Shown here piece by piece: positions 54,540 to 56,042 of a DNA stretch of 56,042 nt. Source of the DNA: Chlamydiales bacterium. Lineage in GTDB: Bacteria > Chlamydiota > Chlamydiia > Chlamydiales > SM23-39. Within the stretch, counting starts at the first letter, position 1; each line of letters starts with the position of its first letter. The DNA is taken from contig DATIIR010000058.1 in assembly GCA_035479435.1 (NCBI GenBank), forward strand, positions 1 to 56,042, in the 5' to 3' direction. The translations under genes and the position numbers were made by a program. Under the pieces are notes generated by a model. That model was given only the letters and a program-made list of their open reading frames with translations. It did no database searches and had not been told where the DNA came from.

Positions 54540-56042
54540 TCACCATTCCCATTCAAAACAAATATTGCCGTAATGGTTATAGAGTAGAGTCTCTTTGTCT
54601 GCGGACATTTCGCAATTGTATTCCACATCGATAGAGAAAGCTTGATAGAAGAAGCCTAGGCCGAAATCGAGGCTAAAGAGGTTCCAGGTCTCGTCCCAGC
54701 CAAAGGTTGTGAAGGGGATGGGAGCTCCCACGAAGAAGGAGTGGTAGTTTTGCCGCTCAATCGGGCACATATTGACCCAACCGATGGAAAAGAGCGGCGT
54801 AATGCCCATGGTCTCGTCGTAGTTGAGGTCGATGAGTTGCAGAGCCAGCCCCATTTCGGTTCTGAACGTGGAGGCGTGGTTGCTTCCTACATCGAGGTCG
54901 AGGCTATCTGCGCCGTGCTCGGTAAAGCCAGGCGTGTGGCAATAGAGGTAATCGAAGTTGGCGTAGGGGTAAAAGTAGGCCGTGGGGGCGCCAAAATAGT
55001 AGGCGGTGGCCAACTGCGCCACGATGTCATAGCCTCTGAAGTTCGCCTTTGCCTTATCATCGATGGTCACGATCCGGATGTGCCTTTCTGTGTCGTAGAA
55101 ATCGATGCCCCCGTAAACCGCTGCTCCTATATAGAAATTGCTCACGAGATAATCGGTGTAGACAGAGCCATAAAAACCGTTCACCTCTCCGTGTCCGTGT
55201 CTCGCATGCCACTCCAGCTGGCCATAGTTCCACGCGCCTCCGAATCCCAGATCCCAATAGGGTGTCAGGTCTCCATCGACTCCAAAAGCCACTCCGCCAG
55301 AATTCGCTGTAAAGCCAAATTCTTCGCCGTGGTGCTTCTCTGTCAAAGAGTCTCCGAACGGAGTCACCCAGACCCGCGTCGAATCGAGGTAGACGTAGGG
55401 CAAGTAGGGCTTGCGGTGGAAGAGAGAAATGAGCTTAGCTCCCACCTCTTCTTGGAACTCCGTGAACGCGCTATACGGTGCTGGGTGCAGTTGATCGAGT
55501 GCCTCGTTGATCGTCGCGTCGCTTTGTCCCACCAGCAGCCCCAAGAGACTCGCCAGGCCAGCGGGGAGTTCTCCCGCCTCATTTAAAGCGGCGATGTTGT
55601 TGCCGACGCTCTCCTCATTTCGATTGCCAAACGGGAATTCAAAAAACGGATTCAGCACCTTTAGGGTAAGAAGCACATTGTTTCCACCTGCATAACTCAG
55701 AGTGGGGATGAAATTGGAGTTGGTGGATAAGGCTGGGCTGTTAAATTGGGTCCCGCCAAGGCCTGCTGAAGTGAGTATGGTGTACGAAGTGGTGAGCCCA
55801 TAAAAGCCAGGCTGTGGGGAAACGGTGAGCGTGGTACCTGTTAAGACCGCTGTGCCGCTGACTGCGATTTTGCTCGCGCTCAAAGGAGCTGCATGGATGA
55901 GCACATTGGAGGCGCCATTGAAAGTTAGGTTGCCGCTGACCGTTAAGGTGCCGACCCCGCCATTTCCTGGAGTGATTGTCGCGCTATTGCTCGTAGTGGC
56001 GCCGACGGTGCCCGTCCCACCCAAAGTAGTTCCCGAAGAGAG
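54540..56042 (-). CDS. Autotransporter / polymorphic-membrane-protein-like outer membrane protein, C-terminal part (5' end lies outside the window)
   Basis: Beta-strand passenger repeats (GTLTVSGNLTFNG...) and a C-terminal beta-barrel ending in aromatic ...CFEWEW. The frame is open to the window end. Confidence 0.8.
   Translation of the reverse strand, partial: LSSGTTLGGTGTVGATTSNSATITPGNGGVGTLTVSGNLTFNGASNVLIHAAPLSASKIAVSGTAVLTGTTLTVSPQPGFYGLTTSYTILTSAGLGGTQFNSPALSTNSNFIPTLSYAGGNNVLLTLKVLNPFFEFPFGNRNEESVGNNIAALNEAGELPAGLASLLGLLVGQSDATINEALDQLHPAPYSAFTEFQEEVGAKLISLFHRKPYLPYVYLDSTRVWVTPFGDSLTEKHHGEEFGFTANSGGVAFGVDGDLTPYWDLGFGGAWNYGQLEWHARHGHGEVNGFYGSVYTDYLVSNFYIGAAVYGGIDFYDTERHIRIVTIDDKAKANFRGYDIVAQLATAYYFGAPTAYFYPYANFDYLYCHTPGFTEHGADSLDLDVGSNHASTFRTEMGLALQLIDLNYDETMGITPLFSIGWVNMCPIERQNYHSFFVGAPIPFTTFGWDETWNLFSLDFGLGFFYQAFSIDVEYNCEMSADKETLLYNHYGNICFEWEW

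Noticed and set aside
55975-55990. My hand translation across the 55980/55981 line break appears to contain one more C than the ORF-track translation (…SNSATITPG…) implies. That would suggest a frameshift in the autotransporter gene.
   Set aside because: The ORF track was computed from the same sequence and runs through uninterrupted. I treat this as my own counting or reading error and make no frameshift claim. It should be verified computationally.

Overview
This 56-kb chromosomal window reads like an environmental member of the phylum Chlamydiae. Supporting features are an NTT/Tlc nucleotide transporter, a Pmp-like autotransporter, MurA with Asp at the fosfomycin-target position, and two gene orders that match my recollection of Chlamydia trachomatis: rho-coaE-polA-sppA-pgsA-dedA-ntt and gltX-tsp-euo. 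Most of the window is densely packed housekeeping genes: sdhCAB, mnmG, dnaB, proBA, rho, polA, pgk, argS, murA, ispF, gltX and tsp. There is one tRNA-Ser(GCU) and no rRNA, CRISPR array or transposase gene. The unusual content is mostly non-genic. (1) A perfect palindrome, TGTAAAGC-S-GCTTTACA, is iterated at least 7 times, both between genes and in frame inside housekeeping ORFs, including a nested-hairpin module in the polA linker. (2) A roughly 144-bp MITE-like hairpin element has 15-bp terminal inverted repeats; one copy carries a perfect 8-bp target-site duplication, a second copy is about 97% identical, and there are diverged or partial copies. (3) An 88-bp duplication of the pgk 3' end brackets a small low-GC cassette that holds an orphan ORF. 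(4) A 358-bp long inverted repeat built from serial short hairpins lies between the convergent genes argS and epmB. (5) The tRNA-Ser neighbourhood is decayed: it holds a relic copy of the tRNA 3' end and a Ser/Thr-kinase C-terminal pseudogene fragment. Accessory-looking coding content includes two overlapping orphan ORFs behind a promoter with an embedded operator palindrome, and a REC-degenerate-GGDEF regulator. It also includes a lower-GC sugar-modification/glycosyltransferase cluster and a TPCP-type P1B ATPase paired with a MauE-like protein. All calls come from reading the sequence and ORF track by eye. No database search was run, and start codons are provisional.
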